Assembly (NCBI RefSeq): GCF_009914755.1
Contig: NC_060934.1
Length of the DNA stretch: 64,000 nucleotides
DNA from: the human T2T-CHM13v2.0 reference genome, Homo sapiens
Strand: one strand, 5' to 3'
Of the stretch, positions 1 through 12,385 are shown one piece after another (within the stretch, counting starts at the first letter, position 1; each line of letters begins with the position of its first letter). The notes beneath the pieces are model-generated. The model was not told the DNA's origin. It saw only the letters and a list, made by a program, of their open reading frames with translations, and searched no databases. The position numbers were made by a program, and so were the translations under genes.

Positions 1-375
1 AATGCTTTCCAGGCAGCAGTGCCAGGTTTGGAAGAATCAAAAGGAAGGTTCATCAACCATTGAGATCCTTTAAATTTACAATCACAAACTCTCACAGAAA
101 CAAAATTAAAATCAACTAGAGAAACTAGATAAGTACATTTCTTTTCACTGACTGGGGCCTAATTTCCCTTAGGTAGGCACACAGGCCCATAACCAGAGTG
201 AGTGGATGTTATCTCCTACAAAACAAAAATTTAAGTAATTTTTGTAATTTTAAGTAATTTAAGTAATTTTTTTTTTCAATAAAAGATTTTTTTTTGGTGC
301 TGAAATTTTAACTGAGGGTCCTTGGTAAATTTCTTGCTTTGGAAAATGCATTAATACCTTTTGTTCATCTTACAG

Positions 376-407
376 AGAACTCTGCCTTTCATGAAAGCTC
401 ATCCAAG
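376..407 (+). other. Candidate 32-nt internal exon (gene unknown)
   Basis: Pyrimidine-rich tract ending ttgttcatcttacag| with a branch-like cattaat just upstream; ends AAG|gtaaaa. Two frames are open (NSAFHESSSK; RTLPFMKAHP). Motif evidence only. Confidence 0.35.
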
Positions 408-732
408 GTAAAATAAAGTTCAGGAAATTGGAAAAATGAGAAACAACCAGTAAGAGAGTTAATTTTGGAGACGAAATATGTATAAAAGTTAGGGTGAAGA
501 ATAGACATAAAAATACATATATTTTCAAATTTGCCATAGTTTTTTAAATTTTTTGTTTTGAGCTCAGAAATTATAGTTCGGTCACAAAATGGTCAAGCCT
601 ACTCCATTCTTACCATTTCAGTTTCAATGGACTTGCCCTTGCAGCCAATTCCAGGGGTTGCTTAAGCCACTGGGTATGTCCTATCTCCTAGCCACAGTGA
701 CAGAGGAAGAGACTCAATTCAGGCTAAATGGT

Positions 733-756
733 AAAAAAAAAAAAAAAAAAAAAAAA
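733..756 (+). repeat. Poly(A) mononucleotide tract
   Basis: Run of about 23 A read directly. Confidence 0.9.
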
Positions 757-970
757 GTTTGCTGGAAATTCTGTGAAAGGAACGCTCTCTCCTCATCTGT
801 ATCTCCTGCTGGAGTTGCTTGTTCTACAGGTCTTAAACTGCCCCCTGAATGGGATCCAGCCGTGAGAATAAAGCTGATCCACATAAAGACCCAGAGCTGA
901 GAGCTGGACATAAACTTTTATTTTTGGTCTTTCCTTTTTCTTCTTTTATTTTTAACTTAACTACATACCC

Positions 971-1395
971 TGAACGGTTTGTTTGACTCCTCTGAATCTC
1001 ATGTTGAAATGTGATCCCTGATGTTCGAGGTGGGGCTTAATGGGAGGTGTTTGGGTCTTGGGTGCAGATCCATCTTGAGTAGATGAATGCCTTCCCTGGG
1101 ATGGGGGTGTGAATGAATTCTTACTCTATTAGATCCCAGGAGAGCTGGTTGTTAAAAGAGCCTGGCACCTCCCCTCTCTTGCTTCCCCTCTTGCTGTGTG
1201 ATTTCTGCACATGCTGGCTCCCTTTCACCCTGTGTAATGAGTAGAAGTGGCCTGACAATCTCACTAGAAGCTGAGGAGATGCAAATGCCATGCTTCTTGT
1301 ACAGCCTGAAGAATAATGAGCCAAATAAACTCTTTTTCTTTATAAATTACCCAGCCTCAGGTATTCTTTTATAGCAATACAAACAAACTAAGACA
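971..1395 (+). mobile_element. MaLR solo LTR (MSTB/MSTC-like)
   Basis: aatctcatgttgaaatgtgatccc...ggtggggc...gggaggtgtttgggtc; ends tataaattacccagcctcaggtattc...actaagaca. Confidence 0.85.
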
Positions 1396-1721
1396 CTGGT
1401 CATGGGGATAGGCCATGGGATTAAACTTGCTCATTGTTATTTTCAGTGCTATTACTGTCACTATACCTAACTATTTGAATGCATTCACTATTCATTATTA
1501 GGGAAGCAATGCAGTTTTAAACCCTTAATTTCATTCTACCTACTTCTAAAAAGAACTGTTAGATTCTCTAATCAGTCCTCAGAAATTATTCATTAAAGCA
1601 TCAAGTTTACCCTTCCCAAATTATATATGAAGAAACTGGGCATTCAGGTCTTTGCCCTGAAACACTGGAGAAATAAATGGCTAAGAGGAGAATATAGTTT
1701 TTCCCTTAAGTACTGTATCTA

Positions 1722-2103
<382 letters not shown>

Positions 2104-3129
2104 CCCAAGCTATAGTTGGTTAGATAGGTTAGATAGACTTCATGATAAAAGAAGTGTTTGGTTATTTTCTATTCTTGGGCTGTATATTCTTATGGAAAAC
2201 TGAATAACAAAGTTATTCAGCTCTGTATAATTCCACCTTATACCTTTATAAAATCTAACTCCCTTAGTAATTCTAGTACATTCTATCACTGAAGAAATGG
2301 CCAAAGGCAGCTGTAGAAATTAAAGTTTGCTAACACTTAGTCGAACTGACATTAAAACAGCTTTATTTAGTTCTTTCATAACTTTCATGACCTTATAGAC
2401 ATCTATAAATTGAAATAAATAACTTATCTCTTGTCCCAAACATGATATTTACAAGCTTTGAAATATCAAGTCAAAACTTATATGCACATTTTACATTTCA
2501 ATTATATTTTCATTAGATTTTCTAGGGCTTGCTATTTGGAAAATAATTATAAATCTCCTTGTGACTTTGCTAAAGTACATTGAAATTGTAGTCATACAAA
2601 AAATACAAAAGGCTCACTGATACAGTGTTCTTAAATATCTCATTTAACTTGGAAGCACCTCATAAACACACACTTTTTAATGTGCTCTTTTTCTAAGATT
2701 TTAAAAATTTTCAATTGACATTATATCAAATATGCCTGCTTGCATATTTATATCCTTTTTGTATCTGATATAAGCAATTCAAGAAAATGTTTAACTAACA
2801 TTTTTTTCAGATCACAAAGTTTTAGAAAATCTGGAAATCTTCATTAAAAAATTAAACTCTGTCTTGTTACTAAAACAATTTTTATTTTCAGCAGGAAACA
2901 TACCAGGGCACAGTTACATTGATGGATAAGACAAGTAGAAAGTCATTAAAAATTTTTAAATTTTAAGATAATTTCTATATTCTAGAGAGAAACAGAAATG
3001 TTTTCTGGGAAAGGTCTGTGTTTTTGTTGTGTGGTATGTGACATGACCTCTATAAGCATCAAAGACTAATGAAAAAATAAAACACAGGAAAAACATTTAC
3101 TCATTTATGTAATAAAGGATATCAATAAC

Positions 3130-3710
3130 TCCAGTGTTTGTGAAGGTACAGGGAAGAAGGCACATTATTGGTGAGAATGGGGTTGTTATAATCTTTTAAA
3201 AATTTAAAATGCACATATCTTTTGACCCATAAATTCAACTTTTAGGAATTTATTTTATAACTATAGGAATAGGTAAGGATGAGAATGTTTTCTATAAAAA
3301 GTATGTGAGAAGATCTGAATGTCCAGTTTAAGAAGAATGGTGGAATAAATCACAGGTTGGCAATACTAGGAACTACTACATTGATATTAAAAAGAATGAA
3401 TTTAATCTATACATATTGACCTTGAAAGTTGTTATGATATTTTAAGTGAAAAAAGTGAGCTGAAAATTAATATGCATGGTACTCTCTTTTTATTGATCAA
3501 AAATGAAAACCATCCGATGTAAATGTATAGACTTGTCTATGTTTATTTATGAGCATTGAGAAAGATGTAGAAGGATGGTGTTGGTCATCTCACAGTCACG
3601 AGATTGAAGATGGGAGAAGGAGATTAATTATAACTTTTGTATACACCTCTATATTATTTGACCTATTGCAATAAAACTGTATCACTTTTGAAATAAAGAG
3701 TGAAAACAAA
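3130..3710 (+). mobile_element. Old L1 (L1ME/L1MC-like) 3' remnant
   Basis: Degenerate L1 3' motifs such as aaatgcacatatcttttgaccc...attcaacttttaggaatttat and attaaaaagaatgaa. Confidence 0.55.
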
Positions 3711-4086
3711 TAAATGAGTGGGCAGCAAAGACTATATGAATGATCTAAGTTGTAATTTTGTTTCATACAAATATCAGTCTTCTAAGAACGTATACAACTT
3801 TGAGTCTCTATAATTATTACAAAGTAAAATGGTTTAGGACTGCCCAGTGACCAAAAATGGAATTAATACCTATGACTCCAGACGTTTCCAGATGTCTGGA
3901 TGCTTACCTCGACATAGCTGAGATATTCAGCTAGTTGGTGGAATACAACACAATGTCCACCATCCTGTGGCATCATGTAGTGTAAAAACAGAAACCTGAT
4001 CTCTCTAGTAATTTGGGCTTTTAACTGAGCGGTACTGATATGACCAAAATAGTGAGCATAATTAACTGTATTATGATGAACAAAGA

Positions 4087-4508
4087 CATTATGGGTTGAA
4101 TTGTGTATCCTTCCTCAGAAAAAGATATATTGAAGATAGCTTGAAGTACCTGTGAATGTGACCTCATTTGGAAATACTAGCTGCAGGCTGGTACATCTAC
4201 AAATTTGCAGATATAATCAAGTTAAGATAAAGCCCTTAGGCTGCGCCCTGACCTAATATGACTGGTGGCCTTATAAGGAGAAATTTGGACACAGGCAGAG
4301 ACATACAGGGAGAACTTCATATGAAGATGGAGGCAGAGGAGCCAAGAAGCACCAAGGATTGCAGGTGAAGCCAGAAGCTGAGAAAGGTAGGAAACAGATT
4401 TTTCCCTAGAGCTCTCAAGAGACAACAGAACTGAGGGACAATAAATTTATTTTTTTCAGTCACTCAGTTTGGGGTAATTTGTAATGAAAGCCCTAGGAAC
4501 CTAATTCA
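4087..4508 (+). mobile_element. MaLR solo LTR (MLT1B/C-like)
   Basis: ttatgggttgaattgtgt...cctgtgaatgtgacctcatttggaaata...gccctaggaacctaattca. Confidence 0.85.
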
Positions 4509-4649
4509 AAACCCAGAAATAATCCCAGAGAGAAGATAAAAAGGGAAGAAAAAGTAAGTGTGACCAACCAGAACCCCTCCATAGCCCAAACTTCATGACT
4601 AGTTAGTCAAATATTATTCTTAATTTATTTTAAGAATATGTGCAGGGGG

Positions 4650-4685
4650 GAGAAAGAGTGAGAGACAGAGAGAGAGAGAGAGAGG
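4650..4685 (+). repeat. Imperfect (GA)n microsatellite
   Basis: gagagacagagagagagagagagag. Confidence 0.8.
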
Positions 4686-7069
4686 CAGAAATGAGACAAA
4701 GCTACTTAAAAATACATCAATACATCAGCATTTAATTATGTGTAATATAATACTGGGTAACATTTTGAGAATAATATTCAAAATTTCTATAAGATGTAGG
4801 TTTACAAAAACTTTAGTAAGAACTAAATTGATTGGCAGTTTTTCACAATTACGTGATGTTTGATTATCCCATCTTGCTTGCGTCCAAATATCTGGTCACA
4901 TTGTCTGACGATGAGAGAGAGCATTTCTATTTGGGAAGGCAATAAAATGATGAGTTATAGAGTGGCAAGGGGAAAAGTTGTGAGTGTGGTGGTTGTCAAA
5001 TGGGTGGGGTATGGGCCCTCAGTATAGTTTTAGAGGGACATAGGATTTTCCTGAAAGTAACTCTTGCTGCTTACAAATATTAGCTTTGTGTTTTAGTTAC
5101 CAAAGCAGAAATGCATATATTCTAGAATATTATTGTAATCCTCATCTACAAATGTATTGCTGTTTTTTGTTTGTTAGTTTGAGTGCTTCAAAGCCAGGGT
5201 AATAACTGCTTTCTCTTGACAGCACTTCTGAAACTTAAGTGAACTATTAATTTAGTAATGAAATGATCATAATTGTATAAATATGGGGTTGGGAATAGCA
5301 GTGGCTTTTATCAAGCTGTAATCAGGTTACTTGTTAAAGTGGTTCACAGGAGGATGTTACGGAAGGATGCAGGCTGGTGCCACCTGTGCAAATAACCTCA
5401 TACTTCATGAACCACTCTTGGTGCCTAAAGTAGAAAAGCCAGTCCATGAACATAAGCAGAAGGACCATGTGTCAGTGACAGTAAATTCTACTGAGTGGAG
5501 GGGAAAAGTAGAATTTTGATGTTATCTGATAGGCCAACTTGGTAGTGGCAGCTCTGTCCTTGTTCAATTAGAGACTAAAGTAGACTGCCCACGAGAGATA
5601 CATTTGTAGTCTCCAACTCTGTGAATACAGAATTGTTTGTATGCACTACTTGATTTCTTCTAAGTCATGTTTCTCCCTAAAGTCACATGTCAAATAGGCA
5701 TAGCTTCACATCACAAATAAACCAAAACAACTTAAAGAATATTTTAGGAGCACTATCACTCAGGTGAATAGGAGTAGGCAATCACAGAGTTTTTGTGTGA
5801 TGTACTTGGTGAGCTTAAGGGGCCAAAAAAAAAAAAATCTGGAAAAGAGACTGTTACTCCTTTAATCTTTAGTCACTTCCAATTTCTTTTGTTTGCTACT
5901 GTTTTTTAAAGGATAGCTGATACCCACCGTATCTTTTTCCTCATCATCCTCTTATCACTTAAATCTGGCTATTGTTCCTACTGCTCTAGTCAAATTTATT
6001 TTGTGAGAGGCCAAAATACTGCTTAGTTGCTCAATCCTATGATCTCTTCTAATCTTCATTTCCCTGACTTTTATAATTCCATTTGGTATTATTCATTGCC
6101 AATTTCTCAGTTTTTCTGTACTTTTAGCTCCCACAAAACGAACGAATATCAGTCTTTTCTAGCCTTTCCTCATTATTGTTCTTTCTCCTCCAAGTCCAAA
6201 TGTAGCCTCCCCCAAAATGGTCCTTAGCTCGGTGTCTGCTGGAGACACATGTGAAGTAGTGGAAAATAATTGGCCTACAGTTAAAGGAGTTTAAATTCTG
6301 GCTTTGAAACTTACAATTGCAGAGAGAAAGAAAGAGAGAGAATTTAAATAGTGTTCCCAGTGTGAGCAATGATTCTGTTATTCCTTTAGTTGAATGTGTG
6401 CACAGCCGTCTTCCTCAAACTGAACATCTGTCAGTGCTAAGTATGGTCCCAGTGTTTAAATGGTCAAGAGGTACTTTTTGTTTTTTTAAATTAAAATGTG
6501 ATCCCTAAACTTCTTCATCTGGGGTTCTAGTAAAGGAACAGCAAACAGCTCCAGGCCGGTAGAATGACTGCCTGAGTTAACTGAAGGCCAGTACTGTACT
6601 GTCTTAATAGAGAGTTTAGGGCCCTCAAGAGTGTTTTCAACTCTACAAAATATTCATTGACTTTAACATTTAACCCCTTGCATAAGAGGAAATGCATTGA
6701 CCTTGAGTGATTTACTCAGTGTCCCTGAAGCTTGACATGCGAATGTCCTGCACACAGTTACAGTCAGTTATAATGCTCCCTTAAAAAATACTGCAAAACA
6801 TTCTGATGATCTGAAGAAATATTTTTTTGGTAACCATGTAAATGGTTTTGAATTTTAGTATTTTAATGATATTTTAAATTTGCAAAAAATTTCAAAATAA
6901 TACAATGAATTCTCATTTTTCCCTTTATATTCTTTGATTAACCTTTTACTATATTTGCTTTATCTCTCATTTTCTACACTTGCAGATTTATATGTACATA
7001 TATATACATAAATACATATATATGAAATATATTGTACACCTTTCTTCCCATTTCAATATTCAGTGATTT

Positions 7070-7545
7070 TTTCATGAATAGCTTGAAATCAGCCATGGTG
7101 GGAGAATTTATACAACAGAAATAAGCAAATTGATATGGTTTGGCTCTGCATCCCCACCCAAATCTCATCTTGTAGCTCTCATAATTCCTACGTGTTGTGA
7201 GAGGGACCCGGTGGGAGATAATTGACTTATGGTGGTGGGTCTTTCCCATGCTGTTCTCATGATAGTGAATAAGTCTCATGAGATCGGATGGTTTTAAAAA
7301 AACACAAGTTTCCCTGGACAAGGTCTCTTCTCTTGTCTGCTGCCATGTTAGATGTGCCTCTCTTTGCCTTTTGCCATGATTGTGAGGCCTCCCCAGCCAT
7401 GTGGAACTGTAAGTCCATTAAATCTCTTTTTCTTCACAGTCTCGGGTATGTCTTTATCAACAGTGTGACAACAGACTAATATGTAAAGACTACAAACCAA
7501 GGCTTTTCTTTATTAACCTGTTTTCTGGAGAGCTAGTTTATCAGC
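7070..7545. mobile_element. hAT-Tip100-like DNA transposon fragment split by THE1
   Basis: ttgaaatcagccatggtgggagaatttatacaacagaaataagcaaat ... actacaaaccaaggctttt resembles a recalled hAT-Tip100 consensus and resumes after the THE1. Confidence 0.45.
7131..7483 (+). mobile_element. THE1 solo LTR (THE1B/C-like)
   Basis: tgatatggtttggctctg...cccaaatctcatcttgtagct...gccatgattgtgaggcctccccagccatgtggaactgtaagtccattaaa...gactaat. Confidence 0.92.
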
Positions 7546-8414
7546 ATGTCATTGCTTTTAACACTAAATATTTTGTGCCCCAAGAGTGAATACATTCTCT
7601 TACATAACTACAGTAAAAAGAGCAACATAAAAAAATTAACACTGAGATAATGCTGTTAAGTAATGCAAGTTGATATGAAACTTCGTCCATGGTTCCAATG
7701 AAGTTCTTTATAGTTATTCTCCTTCCTGATTCATTGTGTAGAATGTCCTTTGACTTCAGTTTGCCTGATGTTTTCCTGTTATGCTTTGTTTGGCGGGAAT
7801 ATAATTTAAGGGAGAACATGTCCTCAGTGCATGAAATCAGGAAACAAGGAGTTAACTTTGATCACTTGGTAAAGGGAATCTCCACCAGGTTTCTTCACTG
7901 TAAAGTTAACTATGTTTCCATTTGTAATTAATCATTTACTTATGGGATGGTACTATCATTTAAAATTTGATACAACATAAAACATTGCAGTGCATGAACT
8001 AAGAGATATAAATAATGAATAAGAAATTACAAATTTTTATAAAACTAAACGTTTTATTTATTCTGAAACCGTTTCAATGCTATAGGTTGTTGTTGTTGTG
8101 AAAACAGAAAGTTAAAAAGTGAAAATACAAGCTATGAGCAGCATGTTCTGGAAAGAGTTTTCATGTTGTAATCAAAGGCCTCTACTTGTGAGGTGCTTAT
8201 GTGTGCAAAAAGAGAAGAGAGAGAACCATGGTAGCATGGTGGGGAGGGAGGTGGCGGAGATATGCCTACTCCTTACTGTACCCCAGTCCACTCTTAAGTT
8301 GCCGCTGCTGCCAATGCCCCAAGAGGGTCTCTGAACCTCAGTTAGCTCATCTATAAAACTCAGATACCAGTTATGTCCTCCTGGAGAGAGTGGGGGAAGT
8401 GAAATTAAAGAGTG

Positions 8415-8636
8415 ATGGTTTACTAAATGCCAGGTATGTGCCAAATACTCTGCATATGGTATGTCATTATCCTCCTACAAAGAAGTTACTATTATTACTC
8501 TCATTTTACAGATGGAAAAAGTGAGGAAAAGGTTTGAGATGAGAAATGTTACGTAATTTGCCAAACTTAGTAAATGATAGAGCCAGAATTTAAACCAAAG
8601 GAGTCTCACTCCAGAATACATGCCTTTTCTACTATC
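8415..8636 (-). mobile_element. MIR SINE
   Basis: MIR core ctcattttacagatggaaaaagtgagg and agagccagaatttaaacc. Confidence 0.8.
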
Positions 8637-8721
8637 CTCTTGCTCGATTGTCCTCAAGATACGAATTCTCTTCCACTAATTTCATTTTACACACATGCTA
8701 AGTACAGAATAGTAGACAGGC

Positions 8722-8914
8722 ATGTATCAGAGTTCAAGAGACAGGGCCATATTAAGACTTCTTGAGGCCCATTTATTGGGACACCAGTTTTTTGGTGTCC
8801 TTGCTGGACACCGAAACTAATTTTTGGAGGTGTAGAGAGGACAGTAGGATGTGATAAATGGGCCTCAAGAAGTCTTAATATGGCCCTGTCCCTTGAACTT
8901 GAACTCTGATACAT
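8722..8914. repeat. Near-perfect inverted repeat, arms 8722-8776 and 8854-8914, 77-bp spacer; core 8742-8888 looks like a hAT-Tip100-type MITE
   Basis: Right arm is the reverse complement of the left except for one mismatch and a 6-bp ttgaac duplication; core has cagggcc...ggccctg ends. Confidence 0.92.
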
Positions 8915-8943
8915 CACTTTATTTATATCTTTATTGTCTAGAG

Positions 8944-9155
8944 CAGGGTTTCTCAATCTTGCACTATTGACATTCTGGCCAGATAATTCCTTGTTGTGGA
9001 GAGCTGTCTTGTGCATTATAAGATGTTCAGCAGCATCTCCGGCTTCTACCCACTAGATGCCAGTGGCATCCACCCTGCAGTTGTGACAACCAAAAATGTC
9101 TTCTGATATTGCCAAATGTTCCTAGAGGGAAAAATCAACCCCACTGAGACACTGC
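8944..9155 (-). mobile_element. MER20 (hAT-Charlie MITE)
   Basis: cagggtttctcaatc...ctacccactagatgccagt...gttgtgacaaccaaaaatgtc...attgccaaatgt matches the MER20 reverse strand. Confidence 0.92.
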
Positions 9156-9705
9156 CCTGAGGCATTGCTGGCTGTACTTTTTGGAGTACTCAACACTTTT
9201 GGCAGCTAAGTGGCTGTACCCTTGGTGGCTGTGTGATCCTACCCTAGTCACAGCCACTGGACCTAATTTCCTTTGCAATTAAATGACCTATATTTTCTGA
9301 ATATGATATGCATTTGTAATGTGGACTAAAATGAAAGGGCCATTCTAAAGTTTTAGTTCTTCCTCTCCAATTGTTTGAAAAGTAAACTCTCTTTGCTTAT
9401 TGGAAATGTCCTGGGACTAGAGTTCAATCGCAAGGCTTAGCTGTAATCCCTGCTCTACCTCAGGGCCCTGCTTTGAGCCTCAGTTGTTGCAGCCTTAAGA
9501 GCACTGTCCTAAATCAGAAGTCACAAATACAATGATGACAGGGCTAGGCAGGTAAGAAACGTAAAATCAGCTTGTGTAACACATCAGGAAATACTGATGT
9601 CAACAGAGAACCAAAGTACAGGCCCTGGCTAGAGGCTTTTGAATCACACCTTTAAAACACAAAGGTATATCTGAGCCAAATATGGCCTGTGGACAGTGGA
9701 AATGT

Positions 9706-10200
9706 GGTGTATAGAAATGCTACTGATTTTTGTATATTAATTTTGTATCCTGCAACTTTATTAAATTCTTTAATCAGTTCTAAAAAATTTTTGGTGGAGT
9801 CTTTTGGTTTTTCTATATATGAGATTGTGTTGTATGCAAAAAGGGATTATTTGACTTCTTTTCCAATTTGGATGCCATTTATTTCTTCCTGTTGATTCAT
9901 TGCTCTGGCTAGGACTTCCAGTATGGTGTTCAATAGAAGTGGTGAAAGTAACCTCTTTGGCTTATGCCAGTTCTTAGAGGAAAGGCTTTCATCTTTTCCT
10001 CATTCAGTATAATGTTAGCTGTGGTTTGTCATTTATGGCCTTTATTATGTTGAGGTATTTTCCTTCTATGACTAATTTGTTGAGTTGTTATTATGAAGTG
10101 ATGTTGAATTTTATCAAAACTTTTTCTGTGTCTACTGAGATGATCATATGGTTTTTGTCCTTTGTTCTGTTGATGTGATGTATCACATTTATTGATTTGC
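9706..10200 (-). mobile_element. L1 ORF2 (RT-region) internal fragment, L1MA/L1PB-like
   Basis: tatagaaatgctactgatttttgt...ctctggctaggacttccagta...tcacatttattgatttgc. Confidence 0.88.
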
Positions 10201-12217
10201 CCTTGGACTAAATTTGTTGCCTGGACTAAAATGATCCCTAAGATCTATTTCAGCTACAGAATCACTTCTTTCTGCTAGCTGAAATACTCTTTAGTATTTT
10301 TCCCTATGGAGACTTTCTAAGCTTATAGATACCCAATCTGAAAAGATCCAGAAAGCTTCTACATTTATTTATAAATTCTAGTAAAGAGAATGAAAGTTAA
10401 AAAATTCGTTCATTTCTTTGAGCAACTGAATAGCTTTTGTTATAGCCTCATGTGTGGTGAGACTGTTTTGTTCCATCAATTAAAAGATGTCAATGAAAAT
10501 AACTCATATATTCATTCATTCATTTCATCAACAGATGTTTATTTAGCATCTATTCTTTACCACTTTAACTGTGTTGGTTTAATGTTTTTTACAGGATTGC
10601 TAGTCACATGGAAGGAAAATAACTTGTTCATTGTAAAACTAAATAGCTTGTTTCAATTTTGTGCATGCAGTTTCTTTTTTCCCAACAAGCTCTGCACTAT
10701 CATCAAGAATCAAATACAAATATTCATATTTGGTGAAAAAAGCAAAGAGGAGAGATCTGTAGCATTCTCCATATAGGCGTTCACTGGAGAATGATTCCCG
10801 ACTGTGCCAATATGGAAACCCAAGAGTTAATTTCAGAAAGCACTTAAAATCTGATATGAGAAATTTCTCTCTATAAAAAAGAACAATATCCTGAGGCAGG
10901 CAATTATCTACTGAAATGAAAACAGAAAGTCAAGCCATAGGATAACAGCTGAAACCTTAAAGAACAGAAATATTTATCAGTGGTAATTTAAAAATAAGAT
11001 ACATAAAATTAATTTCAAGGTCCTCTAGGATTTTCTTTCCATTTATTTCTCTTTCTGTCAGAAATTTGCCAGTCTGAGTTGTGGGCAATTTTATAAGTGG
11101 TACAGAAAATAAGAGCTCTTCCTTTCTCCACAATTACCAGGGAAAATTGAGAGATACTCTTTAATGGAAGCCTAGATATATTTATGCTGATGTGCACATA
11201 CTTTCTGGAATGACCGTCCTTTCTGAATGCTAAAACCTAAAGAGTAAAGGGATAAGGAAGCTGTGACTAATCGTATGTAATTGCCATAAATTGGAGCTGC
11301 ACACCAGTGTAGCAGAAATAATTACTTCTGGGGAGTTTATCACCAGCAATTTTAAATCCAAGGGGACACCAATGAGGTCAGTTTTCTGTGTACAAACACA
11401 ATGGCTGGTAACCAGAGTTAATGACCATTTGATGGCTACCGGATAAGGCCTGGCAGAGGTTGGAAACACTATTTCAATTCAGAAATTCTTTGAACTACAG
11501 CTGTGCAAGGGTCCTTAGAGATCATGTAATTTAACCTCTTAATAGTATAGAAAAGAAAGCCCAGGTTTTGAGTGTTTAAATTACTTGGACAAGACATGCA
11601 GCTTGGTCTCCTCTCTTTTTCCTAGTGTTCTTTGTGCTTCTTCAGGTTGCTTCTCAGGATGACCAATTGCCTCTTAAGGCAGATTCACAGTTGGAATTCA
11701 GAACCTAATTTGTTACTGACATCAGTCTGGCATTCATAATGTTAAGGGTGATGGTGAACCCAAATCCTTCCCATGTCAGTCGTCTGACTGTAAATTCGTG
11801 GGGTTGCACCCCTAACCAAGGCATTCACTTTGTGGACTAGATTTTAAACATTTCCTGTGGTGGAGACAGAAGGCTGATATTTATAATAAGATGTGATTTT
11901 TCTGTCTCAAATACGTTCAAATCGTAGCCTTTGGAATTTCTGAAGATTCTTATTTTACATTTTTCTATTTACTAAGTGCTGTGAAATTTCCCAGGCTGAT
12001 CATGGGACTCAGTGGGGCCTGAGGACAGTTATTTTGTTCATCTCGTCTCTAAGAATCAAAGGTAACCCCCTGAGTGGCACTCAAAGCATTGTGGCCCTCT
12101 GAGACTATTGGTTTTTGATAAGGTTTATCAAGAATATCCATAAAACAGCATCTAGGAGACTCAAAACATGCTTATAAAAATGGGGAGTCTTATAAAAAAG
12201 ATAAGAAGATAACATGT

Positions 12218-12385
12218 GGCAGGGTCTGGTGGCTCACACCTGTAATCTCAGCTACTCAGGAGGCTGAGATGGGAGAATTGCTTGAGGCCAGGAGTTTGAG
12301 GTTACAGTAAGCTATGATTGCATCATTGCACTTCAGCCCCTATGCAACAGAGTCAGATCCTGTCTCTAAAAAACCCAATAAATAT
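12218..12385 (+). mobile_element. Alu monomer (FRAM/FAM-like)
   Basis: ggtggctcacacctgtaatctcagctactcaggaggctgag...cctgtctctaaaaaa, single arm. Confidence 0.88.

Larger units (their letters stand above)
6860..7940 (-). mobile_element. Old L1 (L1MC-like) remnant interrupted by a hAT fragment and a THE1 LTR
   Basis: L1MC-type motifs on both sides of 7070-7545 (acattctcttacataactacagta...; gtgtagaatgtcctttgacttcagtttgcctgatg...; tctccaccaggtttcttcactgtaaagt). Confidence 0.55.

Noticed and set aside
1-120. Frame reading SARFGRIKRK, resembling an RFamide precursor cleavage motif
   Set aside because: Does not match NPVF, NPFF, QRFP or other precursors I know; no exon structure can be established at the window edge
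229-270. Short taagtaattt repeats (also short direct repeats near 38525-38561, 62707-62745 and 63823-63842)
   Set aside because: Ordinary slippage micro-duplications with no further structure
589-900. 103-aa ORF with a poly-Lys run
   Set aside because: Poly-Lys is just the A tract; no recognisable homology
9706-10200. Idea that this L1 fragment was copied from the L1MA at about 51105-51685
   Set aside because: Same consensus region but many differences and no 49-bp triplication; independent copy
10390-10776. 128-aa ORF containing an acceptor-like tttttacag
   Set aside because: AT-rich, includes an L2-like tail (ttcattcattcatttcatcaac), no homology and no matching donor identified
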